Counted from the first letter of the stretch, positions 40,289-51,664 are shown. The stretch is DNA of 64,000 bases from an uncultured Candidatus Rokubacteria bacterium (GCA_963758635.1 CAVWWD010000007.1:224001-288000), one strand, 5' to 3'. Notes: generated by a model not told the origin, from the sequence alone. Translations and numbers: made by a program.

Positions 40289-40945
40289 GTGAGCATGACC
40301 GGTCGTCTTCTCGCCGCGCTGGCCTCCGCCTCGCGCCAGTACGGGGGCGAGCCGGTCTCCGAGCTGGCGCACTCGCTGCAATGCGCCGATCTCGCCGAGG
40401 CGGCGGGCGCGGATGAGGAGCTGGTGCTGGCCAGCCTCCTCCACGACGTGGGGCGCTTCGCCGTCGATCCGGGCCTCATCGACGACGGCACCGAGTCTGC
40501 CACGCCCGCGAGCCGGGGAGGGCGAGGGCATCACGACATGGGCGCCGCGCTGATCGCTCCGCACGTTTCCGTGCGCGTCGCCTGGTTGGTCCGCATGCAC
40601 GTCCCCGCCAAGCGCTACCTCTGCGCCACCGAGCCCGACTATCTCGGCCGGCTCACGCCGGTCTCGCGCCACACCCTCGCCCTGCAAGGGGGCATCATGA
40701 CCCCGGGGGAGGTCGCGGCCCTCGCTGCCCACCCGTGGCTCTCCGCCGCGCTCAGCCTCCGCCGGTGGGACGACGAGGCGAAGGTGCCCGACACGGCCAC
40801 GCGGCCGGTCGACGCGTGGGCGCCGCTTCTGCGTCGTCATCTCTCCGACGCTCCCCGCGCGGCCTGGATGGCCGACGACTCATGGACACCGCGACCGGCC
40901 GTCTTCCGCGTCGATCCCGCGCGCCTGGCCGGAGTGAGCGGGTAG
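40289..40945 (+). CDS. HD-domain diiron oxygenase, PhnZ/TmpB-like
   Basis: YGGEPVSELAHSLQ, LLHDVG, HVPAKRYL, TLALQGG, LRRWDDEAK. Confidence 0.82.
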   Translation: MSMTGRLLAALASASRQYGGEPVSELAHSLQCADLAEAAGADEELVLASLLHDVGRFAVDPGLIDDGTESATPASRGGRGHHDMGAALIAPHVSVRVAWLVRMHVPAKRYLCATEPDYLGRLTPVSRHTLALQGGIMTPGEVAALAAHPWLSAALSLRRWDDEAKVPDTATRPVDAWAPLLRRHLSDAPRAAWMADDSWTPRPAVFRVDPARLAGVSG

Positions 40946-40988
40946 TCTCGAGGCGACCCGGGCGGCGCCGGCGCGCGGCCGGCGGCGA

Positions 40989-41912
40989 TCAGGACGCCAG
41001 GCGCTGGAACTTCTGGAGCGAGCGAAGCTCGCGGGGCGGATCGAGCTTCGAGCCGGCGTTCGTCCACGACACCTCGGACACGTACAGGTCTCCGCGGGAG
41101 TCCGTGACGACGGCGTGCGGCGCGTTGAACTCGCCCGGACGCTCGCCCGGCCCGCCGAAGCGGCACACGCGCTCCCCCGCCTTGGTGAGCACGGTGACGC
41201 GCGGCCCGATGTTCGGCGTGTTGTCGGTCACCGGCATGCCGGACCCCAGCTCGCCCACCACGAAGTGGTCGCGGTCCCGCTTGTCCGCGTGGAGCCCGCA
41301 GGGACGATGGAGCGTGTGCCACGCGCCCTGGAACCGCCCCTGCCCGTCGAAGATCTGGACGCGGTGGTTCTCGCGGTCGGCCACGTAGACGAGGCCGTCG
41401 CTGTCGGTGGCGATGTTGTGCGGGAGGTTGAACTGGCCGGGATCCGTCCCCGGCTCCCCCCACGACATGACGTGCGTTCCGTCCGGAGCGTACTTGTGCA
41501 CGCGCGAGTTGCCGTACCCGTCGGAGATGAACAGGGAGCCGGTCCGCGGGCAGATGGCGACGTGGGTGGGGCGGTTGAACGGCTTGCCGCCCTGGAGATC
41601 CGCGGGCGTGTCCGGGTTGCCGATGGTGAGGAGGTGCTTGCCCTCCGGCGTGAACTTCCGCACCGTGTGGTGCAGATCGTCGGTGAGCCACACGGTGTCG
41701 TCGGCGTCGATCGTGATGCCGTGGGCGCGGCGGATCGCGCCCTCGCCCCACGAGCGGACGAACGTCCCGTCACGGTCGAAGACGATCACCGGGTGCTCGC
41801 CGCGCGTGAAGCAGAAGACGCGGTCCCGGCTGTCCACCGCGACGCCCGCCACCTCGACGTAGCGCCACCCGTCGGGCAGCGTCCCCCAGCTCTCCACCGG
41901 CGCGAATCTCAT
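40989..41912 (-). CDS. NHL-repeat beta-propeller protein (PAL-like)
   Basis: SDGYGNSRVHKY, GQFNLPH, YVADRENHRVQIF. Confidence 0.88.
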   Translation of the reverse strand: MRFAPVESWGTLPDGWRYVEVAGVAVDSRDRVFCFTRGEHPVIVFDRDGTFVRSWGEGAIRRAHGITIDADDTVWLTDDLHHTVRKFTPEGKHLLTIGNPDTPADLQGGKPFNRPTHVAICPRTGSLFISDGYGNSRVHKYAPDGTHVMSWGEPGTDPGQFNLPHNIATDSDGLVYVADRENHRVQIFDGQGRFQGAWHTLHRPCGLHADKRDRDHFVVGELGSGMPVTDNTPNIGPRVTVLTKAGERVCRFGGPGERPGEFNAPHAVVTDSRGDLYVSEVSWTNAGSKLDPPRELRSLQKFQRLAS

Positions 41913-42085
41913 CGGAGCTCCTCCGGGCGCGAGTGTCGCGTTCGCCGCGCGCCAATGTCAAGCGCGGCCCGCGCGGGGGACTCTGGTATTCTCTTCGCGA
42001 CGCGGCTCCGCACGCCGCCGCGCGCCCGTGCCGGACCGCGGTCGTGATCCCCGGATAACCCCGAGCACCTGAGAGGGACGAGGCG

Positions 42086-44664
42086 ATGGACTACCGCTTA
42101 CCCACGACGGTCGTCCCCAGCCGGTACGAGCTCCGACTCGAGCCGGACCTGGACGCCGCCAGCTTCGCGGGCGAGGAGACCGTCACCGTCACGGTGAGCG
42201 AGCCCGTCACCGAGGTCGTCCTGAACGCCGCCGAGCTGCGCATCGAGGCGGTGAGCGCGCGCCCCGCCGGCGCCGAGGCGGGCGACGCCGAGGGCGCGGT
42301 CATCCAGGGCAGCGCGGCGCTCGACGAGCCGAACGAGCGGGCGCGCCTGGTCTTCCCCACGCCGCTCGGCCCGGGACAGTGGCGGCTCACCATCCGGTTC
42401 GTGGGCACCTTGAACGACAAGCTCCACGGCTTCTACCGCAGCACCTACAAGGACACCGCCGGCGCCTCCCACACGATCGCGGCCACCCAGTTCGAGGCCA
42501 CCGACGCGCGCCGCGCGTTCCCGTGCTGGGACGAGCCGGCGTGCAAGGCCGTGTTCGCGGTGACCCTCGTGGTGCCCGAGGCCCTCGCCGCGGTGTCCAA
42601 CACCGCGATCGCTCGAGGAGGCGCCCGCCGGTCCCGGGCGCAAGGCCGTGCGCTTCGCGGACAGCATCCGCATGTCGACGTATCTCGTCGCCTTCGTGGT
42701 CGGCGAGCTCGAGGCGACCGAGCCCGTCATGGTCGGTGCGACGCCGCTCCGCGTGTGGTGCGTGCCGGGCAAGCTCCCGCTCACGCGCTTCGCGCTCGAC
42801 GTGGGCGCCTTCTCCCTCGAGTTCTTCGCGCGCTACTACGGCGTGCCCTATCCCGGCGACAAGGTCGACCTCCTCGCCATCCCGGACTTCGCGGCGGGCG
42901 CGATGGAGAACCTCGGCGCGATCACGTTCCGGGAGACCGCGCTCCTCGTCGACGAGGCGGCCGCGTCGCACGCCGAGCTCGAACGGGTGGCCGACGTGGT
43001 GGCCCACGAGCTCGCCCACATGTGGTTCGGCGACCTCGTGACCATGGTGTGGTGGAACGGCATCTGGCTCAACGAGGCGTTCGCCACCTTCATGGAGATG
43101 GTCGCGGTCGACGCGTGGAAGCCGGCGTGGCGGCGGTGGATCACGTTCGGCGTGTCGCGCGCCGCCGCGATGGGCGTGGACGGCCTGCACGCGAGCCGGC
43201 CGATCGAGTTCGAGGTGCGCGCGCCCCGCGACTGCGAGGCGATGTTCGATCTGCTCACGTACGAGAAGGGCGCCGGCGTCCTCCGCATGCTCGAGCAGTA
43301 CATCGGGCCCGAACGTCTTCCGCGACGGGGTCCGCCTCTACCTGGACCGGCACGCCTACGGCAACGCCGAGACCACCGACCTGTGGAAGGCCCTCGGCGA
43401 GGTGGCCCGTCAGCCGATTCCCGAGGCGATGGACGACTGGATCTTCCGGCCCGGGTACCCGCTGGTGACGGTGGAGCCGGACGGCGCGGGCATCCGCCTG
43501 TCGCAGCGCCGGTTCACCTACCTGCCCGCCGAGGAGGGCGCCGCCGAGGAAGCCCGGTGGCGGGTGCCCATCACGCTGCGCGCCGCGGTCAAGCGGGGCT
43601 TCGTGGAGAAGCGGGTGCTGCTGAGCGAGGCCGAGACCCTGGTGACCTTGCCCGCCAAGGCCGACTGGGTCGTGGCCAACGCGGGTGGGCACGGCTTCTA
43701 TCGCGTCCGCTACGCCGGGCCGCTCCTGAACCGCATGAGCAAGAACCTGACCGCGCTCCAGCCCATCGAGCGCTTCGACCTGGTGAGCGACGCCCTCGCC
43801 CTCACCCAGGCCGGCCTCCTCCCCGCCACGGAGTACCTGGACCTCACCGGCCGCTTCATGCGCGAGACGGACCGGAACGTCTGGAGCGTCCTCGTGGGAT
43901 CGTTCGCCTACGTGAACCGCGTCATCGCGGAGTCGGCGCGGCCCGGGCTCGAGGCCCTCGTGCGCAAGCGGGTCGGGCCGGCGGCGGAGCTGCTCGGCTG
44001 GGAGCCAGAGGCCGGCGAGGACGAGCTCACGCGGCAGCTCCGGGGCGACCTGCTGCGCGCCCTCGGCACGCTCGGCGCCGACCCGGAGGTACAGGAGCGC
44101 GCGCGCGCGATGTACGCCCGTCACCTCGAGGACGAGGCCGCGGTGGACGCCAACGTGCTCCCCGCCGTCATCGCCATCCTCGCCGCGTCGGGCGGGGAGC
44201 GCGAGTACGCCGATTTCCTCCAGCGCTTCAAGACGGCCCGCACGCCGCAGGAGGAGCAGCGCTACCTGTACGCGCTCGCCGGCTTCCGCCAGCCCGAGCT
44301 CCTGCGTCAGACGCTGGACCGGGCCCTCAACGGGGAGGTGCGAAGCCAGGATGCGCCGTTCCTGATCCGATCGCTCCTGGTGAGCGTGTCCGGCCGGAGT
44401 CTCGCCTGGGAGTTCGTGAAGCAGCACTGGCAGGCGATGGCCCGCCAGTTCCCGGGCAGCGCCTACCGCCGGATGTACGAGGGCGTCACCGCGCTGATCA
44501 GCCCGGACTGGGAGCGCGACGTGCGCGCGTTCTTCACGGACAACGGGATCGAGCTCGGCGGGAAGACCCTCGCGCAGTACCTCGAGCAGCTCAGCATCGC
44601 CACGCGTTTCCAGGGGCGCGAGGGCGCGGCCCTCGCCGCGTATCTCGCCCGCGCGGCCCGGTAG
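42086..44664 (+). CDS. pepN: M1 aminopeptidase with ERAP1-like C-terminus; frameshifts ~42612 and ~43312
   Basis: TQFEATDARRAFPCWDEP, GAMEN, HELAH..WLNE, YEKG. Confidence 0.9.
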
Positions 44665-44695
44665 GCCGCGCGGACCCGACGGAACCCCGCGCCCC

Positions 44696-45212
44696 CTACA
44701 GGCCGCGGCGGAAGAAGTTCACAACGTCGTCGCCGAAGTCGAGGACGCCGTCGCGCGTCACCTCCCACGCGGTCTGAGCGCCGCGGCCGACCGCCTGGCC
44801 CGCGGTCGCCGAGCGCGCGCCCCGTCGTCCTGGCCGCGCCGGCCACCGTCGACGCCGCCGCCTTCGTGCCTTCGACCACCGTCCCGCCGATGCCGCGGGC
44901 GGTCTCGCCGACGCCCTCCCCGGTCTTCTTCGCGCCGCTCTCGACCGTGCGCAACGGGCTCTGAGCCTCGGGCGCGGGCACGGCCTCGTTCTGGGCTCCG
45001 GGCGCGGCCGGCGCCGCGTTCTGGACCTCGGGGGCGGCGGTCTCGGCGCCGGCGCCATGCGCTGCGGCTCGGGCGCGACGCTCTGCGTCTCGGGCGCCAC
45101 GGGGACCGCGCTCGGCGCGACCTGGACCTCCGCCGCGCCCGCGGCTGCCGCGACGGCTGGTGAAGGCGGCCACGATCCCGACGACGATCGCTCTCGTTGT
45201 CATCCTCTTCAT
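44696..45212 (-). CDS. Secreted Pro/Ala-rich hypothetical protein; frameshifted
   Basis: Signal-like MKRMTTRAIVVGIV, APExQ repeats, amphipathic tail ending VVNFFRRGL. Confidence 0.55.
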
Positions 45213-45334
45213 ATGACCCTCCCGGAGGTGACCTCCCGGCGGAGCGTCCGAGCCCTCCGCCTCAGACCCCGAGCGTATAATGGCCGCGCGCCGGCGCCCG
45301 AATCATTTGTGCGCCGGCCCGGAAAGGGCGAGCC

Positions 45335-46186
45335 ATGCGTTACGGAGCCTTCATCTTCGCCACCGACTACGCGATCCGTCCCGACGATCTCGGCCGCGCC
45401 CTGGAAGAGCGCGGCTTCGAGTCACTGTGGGTGCCGGAGCACACGCACATCCCGGCGAGCCGGCGCAGCGCGTGGCCGGGCGGACCGAACCTGCCGCGAG
45501 ACTACTGGCACACGCTCGACCCGTTCGTGGCCCTCGGGGCCGCCGCGGCGGTGACGAGCCGGCTGAACCTCGGCACCGGCATCTGTCTCGTCATCGAGCG
45601 GGACCCCATCACGCTCGCCAAGGAGGTGGCGAGCCTGGACTGGATCTCCCGCGGCCGCGTGCTGTTCGGGATCGGCGGCGGCTGGAACGCGGAGGAGATG
45701 GAGGATCACGGCACCGACTTCGGCGCCCGCTGGAAGATCCTGCGCGAGCGGATCGAGGCGATGAAGGAGATCTGGACCAAGGACGAGGCCGAGTACCACG
45801 GGAAGTTCGTCAACTTCGACAAGATGTGGTCGTTCCCGAAGCCCGTGCAGCGGCCGTATCCCCCCATCCTCATGGGCGGCGCCGGACCTCACGCGCGCCA
45901 GCGCGCGGTCGACTTCGACGGCCAGTGGCTCCCGATCGGCGGCCGCGCCTACACGGAGCCGCTCGCCGAGTCCATGGCCGACCTGCGCGCGCGCGCCGAG
46001 AAGGCGGGCCGCGATCCCGGCACGGTGAGCGTCTCGATGTTCGGCGTCGCGCCCGACGAGGCCAAGCTCGCCGAGCTCCGCGACCACGGCGTCTACCGCG
46101 CGATCTTCGGGCTGCCCGCGGCGGGCCGCGACCAGGTGCTGCCGCTGCTGGACACGTACGCGGCGCTCGCGCGGAAGGTGGGGTGA
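45335..46186 (+). CDS. LLM-class (F420-dependent) oxidoreductase
   Basis: GFESLWVPEHTHIP, DPFVAL, LAKEVASLD, GIGGGWNAEEM, PKPVQ. Confidence 0.9.
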   Translation: MRYGAFIFATDYAIRPDDLGRALEERGFESLWVPEHTHIPASRRSAWPGGPNLPRDYWHTLDPFVALGAAAAVTSRLNLGTGICLVIERDPITLAKEVASLDWISRGRVLFGIGGGWNAEEMEDHGTDFGARWKILRERIEAMKEIWTKDEAEYHGKFVNFDKMWSFPKPVQRPYPPILMGGAGPHARQRAVDFDGQWLPIGGRAYTEPLAESMADLRARAEKAGRDPGTVSVSMFGVAPDEAKLAELRDHGVYRAIFGLPAAGRDQVLPLLDTYAALARKVG

Positions 46187-46232
46187 CCGCCGCGCACGCG
46201 CGACGGACGGGGCCGGCCCGGGCGGGCCCGGC

Positions 46233-46994
46233 TCAGAGGTTGTACGTCTTGCCCTGCTCGAGGATGTGGATCCGAGTGGGATCGATCTGCTCCAGCTCGG
46301 CCACCGTTTCCTCGTAGAGCTGGGGCTTGATGTGGAAGATCCAGACGGGCAGGTCCGGCATCTTCTCGATCTCCTGCCTGAGCATGTCCGGCGTGAGGTG
46401 TCCGGACGCCTTGGCGAGCGGCGCGAGCCGGTTCGGGAACGCCGTCTCCACGACGAGGGCCTTCAGGCCCCGCACGCTCCGGGCGACCTGCCAGATGCGT
46501 CCGGTCGGTCCCGTGTCGCCGGTGTAGACGAAGCCCGCGCTGCCGTCGTGCACGATGTATCCCGCGGCGGGAACCGTGTGGTCCACGGGGACCGGCGTCA
46601 CCGACACGTGCCCCACGCGGGTCTCGACCTCCTCGGTGACCACGCGCAGGGCCAGGACGGGCTCGGCGGGGGAGGGGATGTTCCGGAAGTTCGGCCACAG
46701 CCGGTCGTTGAACGCGTGCTCGGAGAGCGCCTCGATGACGGGGGCGATGCTCCAGCACGTCACCGGCCGGTCGGGGGCGGCCATGGCCAGGGTGTCGGTG
46801 AGGTACGCGAGCCCCGCGACGTGGTCGAGGTGGCCGTGGCTCAGGACGGCGTGGTCGATCGCGATCTGCTCGGGAACGGTCAGCGCGCCGCCGACGGTTC
46901 CCGCGTCGATGAGAATGGTGTCGTCGACGAGGAACGCCGAGGGCCGCTGGCCTTGCCCTTCGCTGCCGTAGGCCCCGAGGACCTTGAGTCTCAC
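46233..46994 (-). CDS. Class II cyclic-nucleotide phosphodiesterase / MBL-fold hydrolase
   Basis: VLGAYGS, IDAG, SHGHLDH, FNDRLWPNF, TGDT, GHLTP, HIKP. Confidence 0.82.
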   Translation of the reverse strand: MRLKVLGAYGSEGQGQRPSAFLVDDTILIDAGTVGGALTVPEQIAIDHAVLSHGHLDHVAGLAYLTDTLAMAAPDRPVTCWSIAPVIEALSEHAFNDRLWPNFRNIPSPAEPVLALRVVTEEVETRVGHVSVTPVPVDHTVPAAGYIVHDGSAGFVYTGDTGPTGRIWQVARSVRGLKALVVETAFPNRLAPLAKASGHLTPDMLRQEIEKMPDLPVWIFHIKPQLYEETVAELEQIDPTRIHILEQGKTYNL

Positions 46995-47041
46995 TCACAC
47001 CCCCGAGCGTTCGCGAATGATGTCACGGGTCGATTTCGCGG

Positions 47042-47071
47042 ATTCTAGTGTACCCCCGGGGGAAGGGTCAA
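47042..47071 (-). promoter_or_regulatory. sigma70-like promoter of the phosphodiesterase gene
   Basis: TTGACC-N18-TAGAAT. Confidence 0.55.
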
Positions 47072-47075
47072 GACT

Positions 47076-47270
47076 GCGACCGCCGAGGGAAAAGGGTCAA
47101 GGCTCAGCGACCGCCGAGGGAGGGTTCAAGGCTGCGACCGCCGAGGGAGGGTTCAAGGCTGCGACCGCCGAGGGAGGGTTCAAGGCTGCGACCGCCGAGG
47201 GAGGGTTCAAGGCTGCGACCGCCGAGGGAGGGTTCAAGGCTGCGACCGCCGAGGGAGGGTTCAAGGCTGC
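47076..47270. repeat. 27-bp tandem repeat (6 perfect copies plus 1 degenerate)
   Basis: gcgaccgccgagggagggttcaaggct x6 at 47107-47268, no spacers. Confidence 0.97.
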
Positions 47271-47347
47271 ATGGATGCGGAGGAAACCGACGGTGACCGG
47301 TGGACCGCGCTTGCGCGGTTCTCCGGGGCTGTGGGACAATCCGCCCG

Positions 47348-48743
47348 ATGATCTTCCAGCAGATCGTCAACGAAGAGCAGGGTTGCCTCTCCTACCTGAT
47401 CGGCTGCGGGCAGTGCGGGGAGGCCGCTCTGGTCGATCCCGCCCGTGACCGCATCGACGACTACGTCGCCCTGGCCCGCAAGAAGGGTGTGACCCTCACC
47501 CACATCGTCGAGACCCACATCCACGCGGACCACGTCTCGGGCAACCAGGCGCTCGCCGCCCGCACGGGGGCGCCGATCCACCTGCATCCGGCCGCGGACG
47601 CCGCGTTCCCCGTGAGCCCCGTCGAGGACGGCGCCGAGATCCGTCTCGGCAACGTGTCCCTCCGGGTCCTGCACACGCCCGGCCACACGCCGGAGAGCAT
47701 CTCGCTGCTCGTGACCGATCTCTCGCGCGGCGCCGAGCCGTGGTTCGTCCTCACCGGGGACGCGCTGTTCGTGGGGGACGTGGGCCGGCCGGATTTCGGC
47801 GGCGAGGAGGCCGCGGCGCGGCTCTACCGGAGCCTCACCGGGCGTCTCCTCACGCTCCCCGACAGCGTGGAGGTGTACCCGGCCCACGGGGCGGGCTCGA
47901 GCTGCGGGCGCGCCATGTCGAGCAAGACGGCCTCCACGATCGGCTTCGAGCGACGGTTCAACGCGGCCCTCCAGGCCCGCGACGAGGAAGACTTCGTGAA
48001 GGCGCTCATGACGGGGCTGCCCGCCAAGCCGCCCAACTTCGAGCGCATCATCGCGCGCAACCGGGCGCTGGCCGTGCCGACGAGCGGCGATCCGCGTCCG
48101 CTGGGGGCGGCGCAGGTGCGCGAGGCCCTGGACAAGGGCGCGTGCGTCCTCGACGTGCGCGAGCCCGCCGAGTTCGGGGCCGGCCACGTCCCCGGCGCGC
48201 TCAACGTGTGGATCGAGAGCCCCGCGGTTCGCGAGCCGGGCCGGCCTGTTCATCCCGCCCGACGCGCCGCTGGTGCTCGTGGCCGGCGGGCCCACCGATC
48301 TCTCCCGCGCCGTGCAGGGCCTCTCGCGCATCGGCGTCGACGACATCGCCGGCCATCTCCAGTGGGGCATGACCGACTGGAAGAGCCACGGCTACCCGCT
48401 CGCCACGGTGCCCCAGATCTCGGTGCACGAGCTGGCGAGCCTGCGCGAGGAGCGGCCGGACCTGGTGGTGATCGACGTGCGCGAACCCTCGGAGTGGGAC
48501 GAGGGGCACATCGACGGGGCGCTCCACATCCCCATGGCCGAGGCGGTGCGGCGGATCGCCGAGGTGCCGCGCGACCGTCCGAAGGCGGTGCTGTGCGCGG
48601 GCGGGCTCCGGTCGAGCCTGGTCATCAGCGCGCTCGCGCGCGAGGGCCTCGCCGAGTTCTCGAACGTGAGCGGGGGCATGACCGCCTGGCTCAAGGGCGG
48701 ATACCCGGCGTCGCGGGAGGGAGGCACCCGGTCGAGGGCATGA
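47348..48743 (+). CDS. MBL-fold persulfide dioxygenase-like protein with two rhodanese domains; frameshift ~48222
   Basis: ETHIHADH, TPGHT, GDALFVGDVGRPD, YPAHGAGS; DVREP twice; CAGGLRS. Confidence 0.88.
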
Positions 48744-49411
48744 CCACCGGCCCCGACGATTTCGACTACCCCGTGATGTCTCGGGCCCTCATCCTCGGCG
48801 ACCGAGACACCGTTGCCCGGAAGACGCAGGAAGGCCTCGGCCTCGCCATGGACCCCAAGGACCTCATCTTCCGCGGCCTCATCCCCGGCATGGACGTGGT
48901 CGGCGAGAAGTTCCGCAGGAACGAGTACTACGTGCCCCAGGTGCTGCTCTCCGCCCGCGCCATGTACGCCGGCCTCGATCTCCTGAAGCCGCTCATCACC
49001 GGGACGGCGCAAGAGGGCGGCAGCCTCGGGGTGATCGTGATCGGCACCGCCCAGGGGGACCTGCACGACATCGGCAAGAACCTCGTGGCGATGATGCTCG
49101 AAGGCGCGGGCTTCACCGTCTTCAACCTCGGGCGGGACGTCGCCCCCGAGAAGTTCGTGGCCGCGGTGGAGGAGCACCACGCGCAGATCGTGGGCATCTC
49201 GGCGCTCATGACGACGACCATGCCGGCCATGAAGCGCACGATCGACGCGCTGACCCGGGCGGGCATCCGCGAGCGCGTCAAGGTGATGATCGGCGGCGCG
49301 CCGGTGAGCCAGGCCTACGCCGACGAGATCGGCGCCGACGGCTACGCGCGCGACTCGACCCTCGCGGTGGTCAAGGCCAAGGCCCTGATGGGCGTGGCGG
49401 CGTCGGTATGA
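48740..49411 (+). CDS. Corrinoid (B12-binding) protein, cap plus Rossmann domains
   Basis: GDLHDIGKN (DxHxxG), SALMTTT, GGAP. Confidence 0.92.
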   Translation: MTTGPDDFDYPVMSRALILGDRDTVARKTQEGLGLAMDPKDLIFRGLIPGMDVVGEKFRRNEYYVPQVLLSARAMYAGLDLLKPLITGTAQEGGSLGVIVIGTAQGDLHDIGKNLVAMMLEGAGFTVFNLGRDVAPEKFVAAVEEHHAQIVGISALMTTTMPAMKRTIDALTRAGIRERVKVMIGGAPVSQAYADEIGADGYARDSTLAVVKAKALMGVAASV

Positions 49412-50329
49412 CTCGGGCGCGTGGCTGGGAGGTCGTCGAGCGCGTCCGCGCGGGGGACCGCCTGGTCTTCGACGGCGGCTACGGCACCGCGCTCTTCGCG
49501 GCCGGGCTCGCCAACGGGGCGTGCCCCGAGCTCTGGAACGACACGCACGCCAACGTCGTTCGCGACATCCACGCCGGCTACTTCGCGGCCGGCTCCGACC
49601 TCGTGGAGACGAACACGTTCGGCGGCAGCCGCCTCAAGCTGAACGAGTACGCGATCGGCGACCGCACCCGCGAGCTGAACGAGCGGGGCGCGCGACTGGC
49701 CCGGGCCGTGTGCCCGCCGGGCGGCTACGTGGCGGGCTCCATCGGGCCGACCAGCCGGCTCCCCGTCGAGTACGAGCCGCTCGGCGACACCAGCGAGGAG
49801 CAGTACGTCGAGACGTTCCGCGAGCAGGCCGAGGCCCTCGCCGAGGGTGGCGTCGACCTCTTCGCCGTCGAGACCATGATGTTCCCGCAGGAGGCGCTCG
49901 CCGCCATCCGCGCGTGCAAGGCGGCGACCGACCTGCCGGTGATGGCCACCATGTTCTTCCAGTACGAGGAGCTGCACGACCGCGACCGCACCATGTGGGG
50001 CGAGAGCCCCACGGAGGTCGCGCGCGGGCTCCTCGCCGCGGGCGCCGACGTGGTCGGCATGAACTGCGGGCGGGGCCCCGACCGCGCCATCACGATCATC
50101 CGCGAGATGCGCGCCGTGACCGACGCCCCTCTCATCGCCTATCCGAACGCGGGACTGCCCATCACCACAGGGCGGCGAGACCACCTACGAGCTCGGGCCC
50201 GAGGCGATGGCCAAGGACTACCCGGCGCTGCTCGACGTCGGCTGCAACATCGTGGGGGGCTGCTGCGGCTCGGGCCCCGACCACATCCGGCTCATCGCCG
50301 AGGTCGTCCGCTCCCGCCGCCGGCGGTGA
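49408..50329 (+). CDS. Homocysteine S-methyltransferase domain protein; frameshift ~50170
   Basis: DGGYGT, ETNTFG, GMNC, YPNAGLP, GGCCG. Confidence 0.88.
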
Positions 50330-50363
50330 CCGGGACGGCGCGGGAGCGCCGCCCGGTCCCGGC

Positions 50364-51113
50364 ATGTCTCTCCCCGGCGTGAGCCACGAGTTCTCCGTCC
50401 TCTCGTCCGCCCCGGTCGTCCTCGCCGACCTGCCGCTCCGCATCGATCCCGGCGAGGTCCTGCGCTTCCAGGGCTACAAGCCGGGTATCAACGTCCCGAC
50501 GCCGGAGGTCCGGGCGATCTTCGACGAGGCGCTGATGCTCGGCGGAGAGCTCATGACCCCGCGGGTCGTGTACCGCGCCGCCGCCGTCACCGGCCAGGAG
50601 CCCGACGCGATCGGCGTCGGCGAGGAGCGCCTGTCGATTCCGGGGATCGGCCGGCTGTGGGGACGGCTGGGACACGTCGGCGCGGGCATCGGCACCGTGG
50701 GGCAGGCCATCGAGGACCGCGTGCGCGAGCTGTTCGACGCCCGCGAGCTGCCGCTCGCCGTCATGCTGGACAGCGTCGGGTCCGCCGCCGCGGAGAGCCT
50801 GGCGGAGTACGCCAACGACCTCCTGTGCCAGCGCGCCATCCCCGAGGGGCTCAAGGTGACGAATCGCGTGAGCCCGGGCTACGCGGGCTGGGACACGTCC
50901 GAGCAGCAGGCCCTCTTCCGCATCTGCTCCGGCGCGCCGATCGGCGTCGCCCTCAACGCCGCCTCGGTCATGACGCCGGCCAAGACCATCTCGTTCCTCG
51001 TCGGGATCGGTCCCGAGGCCCGGGTGGACCACTACTTCAGCCAGTGCCGGCGGTGCTGGATGCGCGACTGCGCGTACCGGCGGGCGCCCGCCGCGGTCAC
51101 GGTGCATCGCTGA
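50364..51113 (+). CDS. Methionine synthase AdoMet reactivation domain (stand-alone, short form)
   Basis: LDSVGSAAAE, RVSPGY, MTPAKTIS, C-terminal CxxC...C. Confidence 0.8.
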   Translation: MSLPGVSHEFSVLSSAPVVLADLPLRIDPGEVLRFQGYKPGINVPTPEVRAIFDEALMLGGELMTPRVVYRAAAVTGQEPDAIGVGEERLSIPGIGRLWGRLGHVGAGIGTVGQAIEDRVRELFDARELPLAVMLDSVGSAAAESLAEYANDLLCQRAIPEGLKVTNRVSPGYAGWDTSEQQALFRICSGAPIGVALNAASVMTPAKTISFLVGIGPEARVDHYFSQCRRCWMRDCAYRRAPAAVTVHR

Positions 51114-51145
51114 GCCCGGACGCGTCTGCTAGGATTGGCCCGGGC

Positions 51146-51664
51146 ATGGACAACGTGATCCTCGTGGGCTTCATGGGAGCGGGCAAGTCCTCGGTGGGGC
51201 GGCTCGTGGCGCGCCGGCTCGGCCGGTGCTTCGTCGAGACCGACGACATGATCACGGCCCGGGAGGGCCGCCCGATCCCCGAGATCTTCGCCGAGCGCGG
51301 CGAGGCCCACTTCCGCGCCCTGGAAGAGGAAGCGCTGGCCCTCCTCGCCGAGAAGCGCGGCGACGTGATCGCCACCGGCGGCGGGTTTCCCTGCCGCGAG
51401 GGCCGCCCCGAGGCGCTCCGCGCGCTCGGCACCGTGGTGTGGCTGGCCTGCGACTTCAACGTCATCTATGACCGGGCGCGCGCCGCCGGCGAGCGGCCCA
51501 TGCTGGCCGGCCGCAGCCGACAGGACGTGGCGGCGCTCCACGAGAGCCGCCTCCCGTACTACCGGCAGGCGCACCTGACCGTGGACACCACCGGCCTCGG
51601 CCTGGACGAGGCGGCGTCCCGCGTCTGCCAGGCCGTGCGCTCCCGCGCGAAGGTGCCGGGATAG
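51146..51664 (+). CDS. aroK: Shikimate kinase
   Basis: GFMGAGKS, IF..GE..FR, ATGGG, RPML. Confidence 0.9.
   Translation: MDNVILVGFMGAGKSSVGRLVARRLGRCFVETDDMITAREGRPIPEIFAERGEAHFRALEEEALALLAEKRGDVIATGGGFPCREGRPEALRALGTVVWLACDFNVIYDRARAAGERPMLAGRSRQDVAALHESRLPYYRQAHLTVDTTGLGLDEAASRVCQAVRSRAKVPG

Noticed and set aside
47076..47270. Possible CRISPR array
   Set aside because: Repeats are head-to-tail with no spacers, and no cas genes are present
47300..49411. 703-aa MBL-corrinoid fusion
   Set aside because: Artefact of the frameshift at ~48222. The corrinoid gene starts at ATGA 48740
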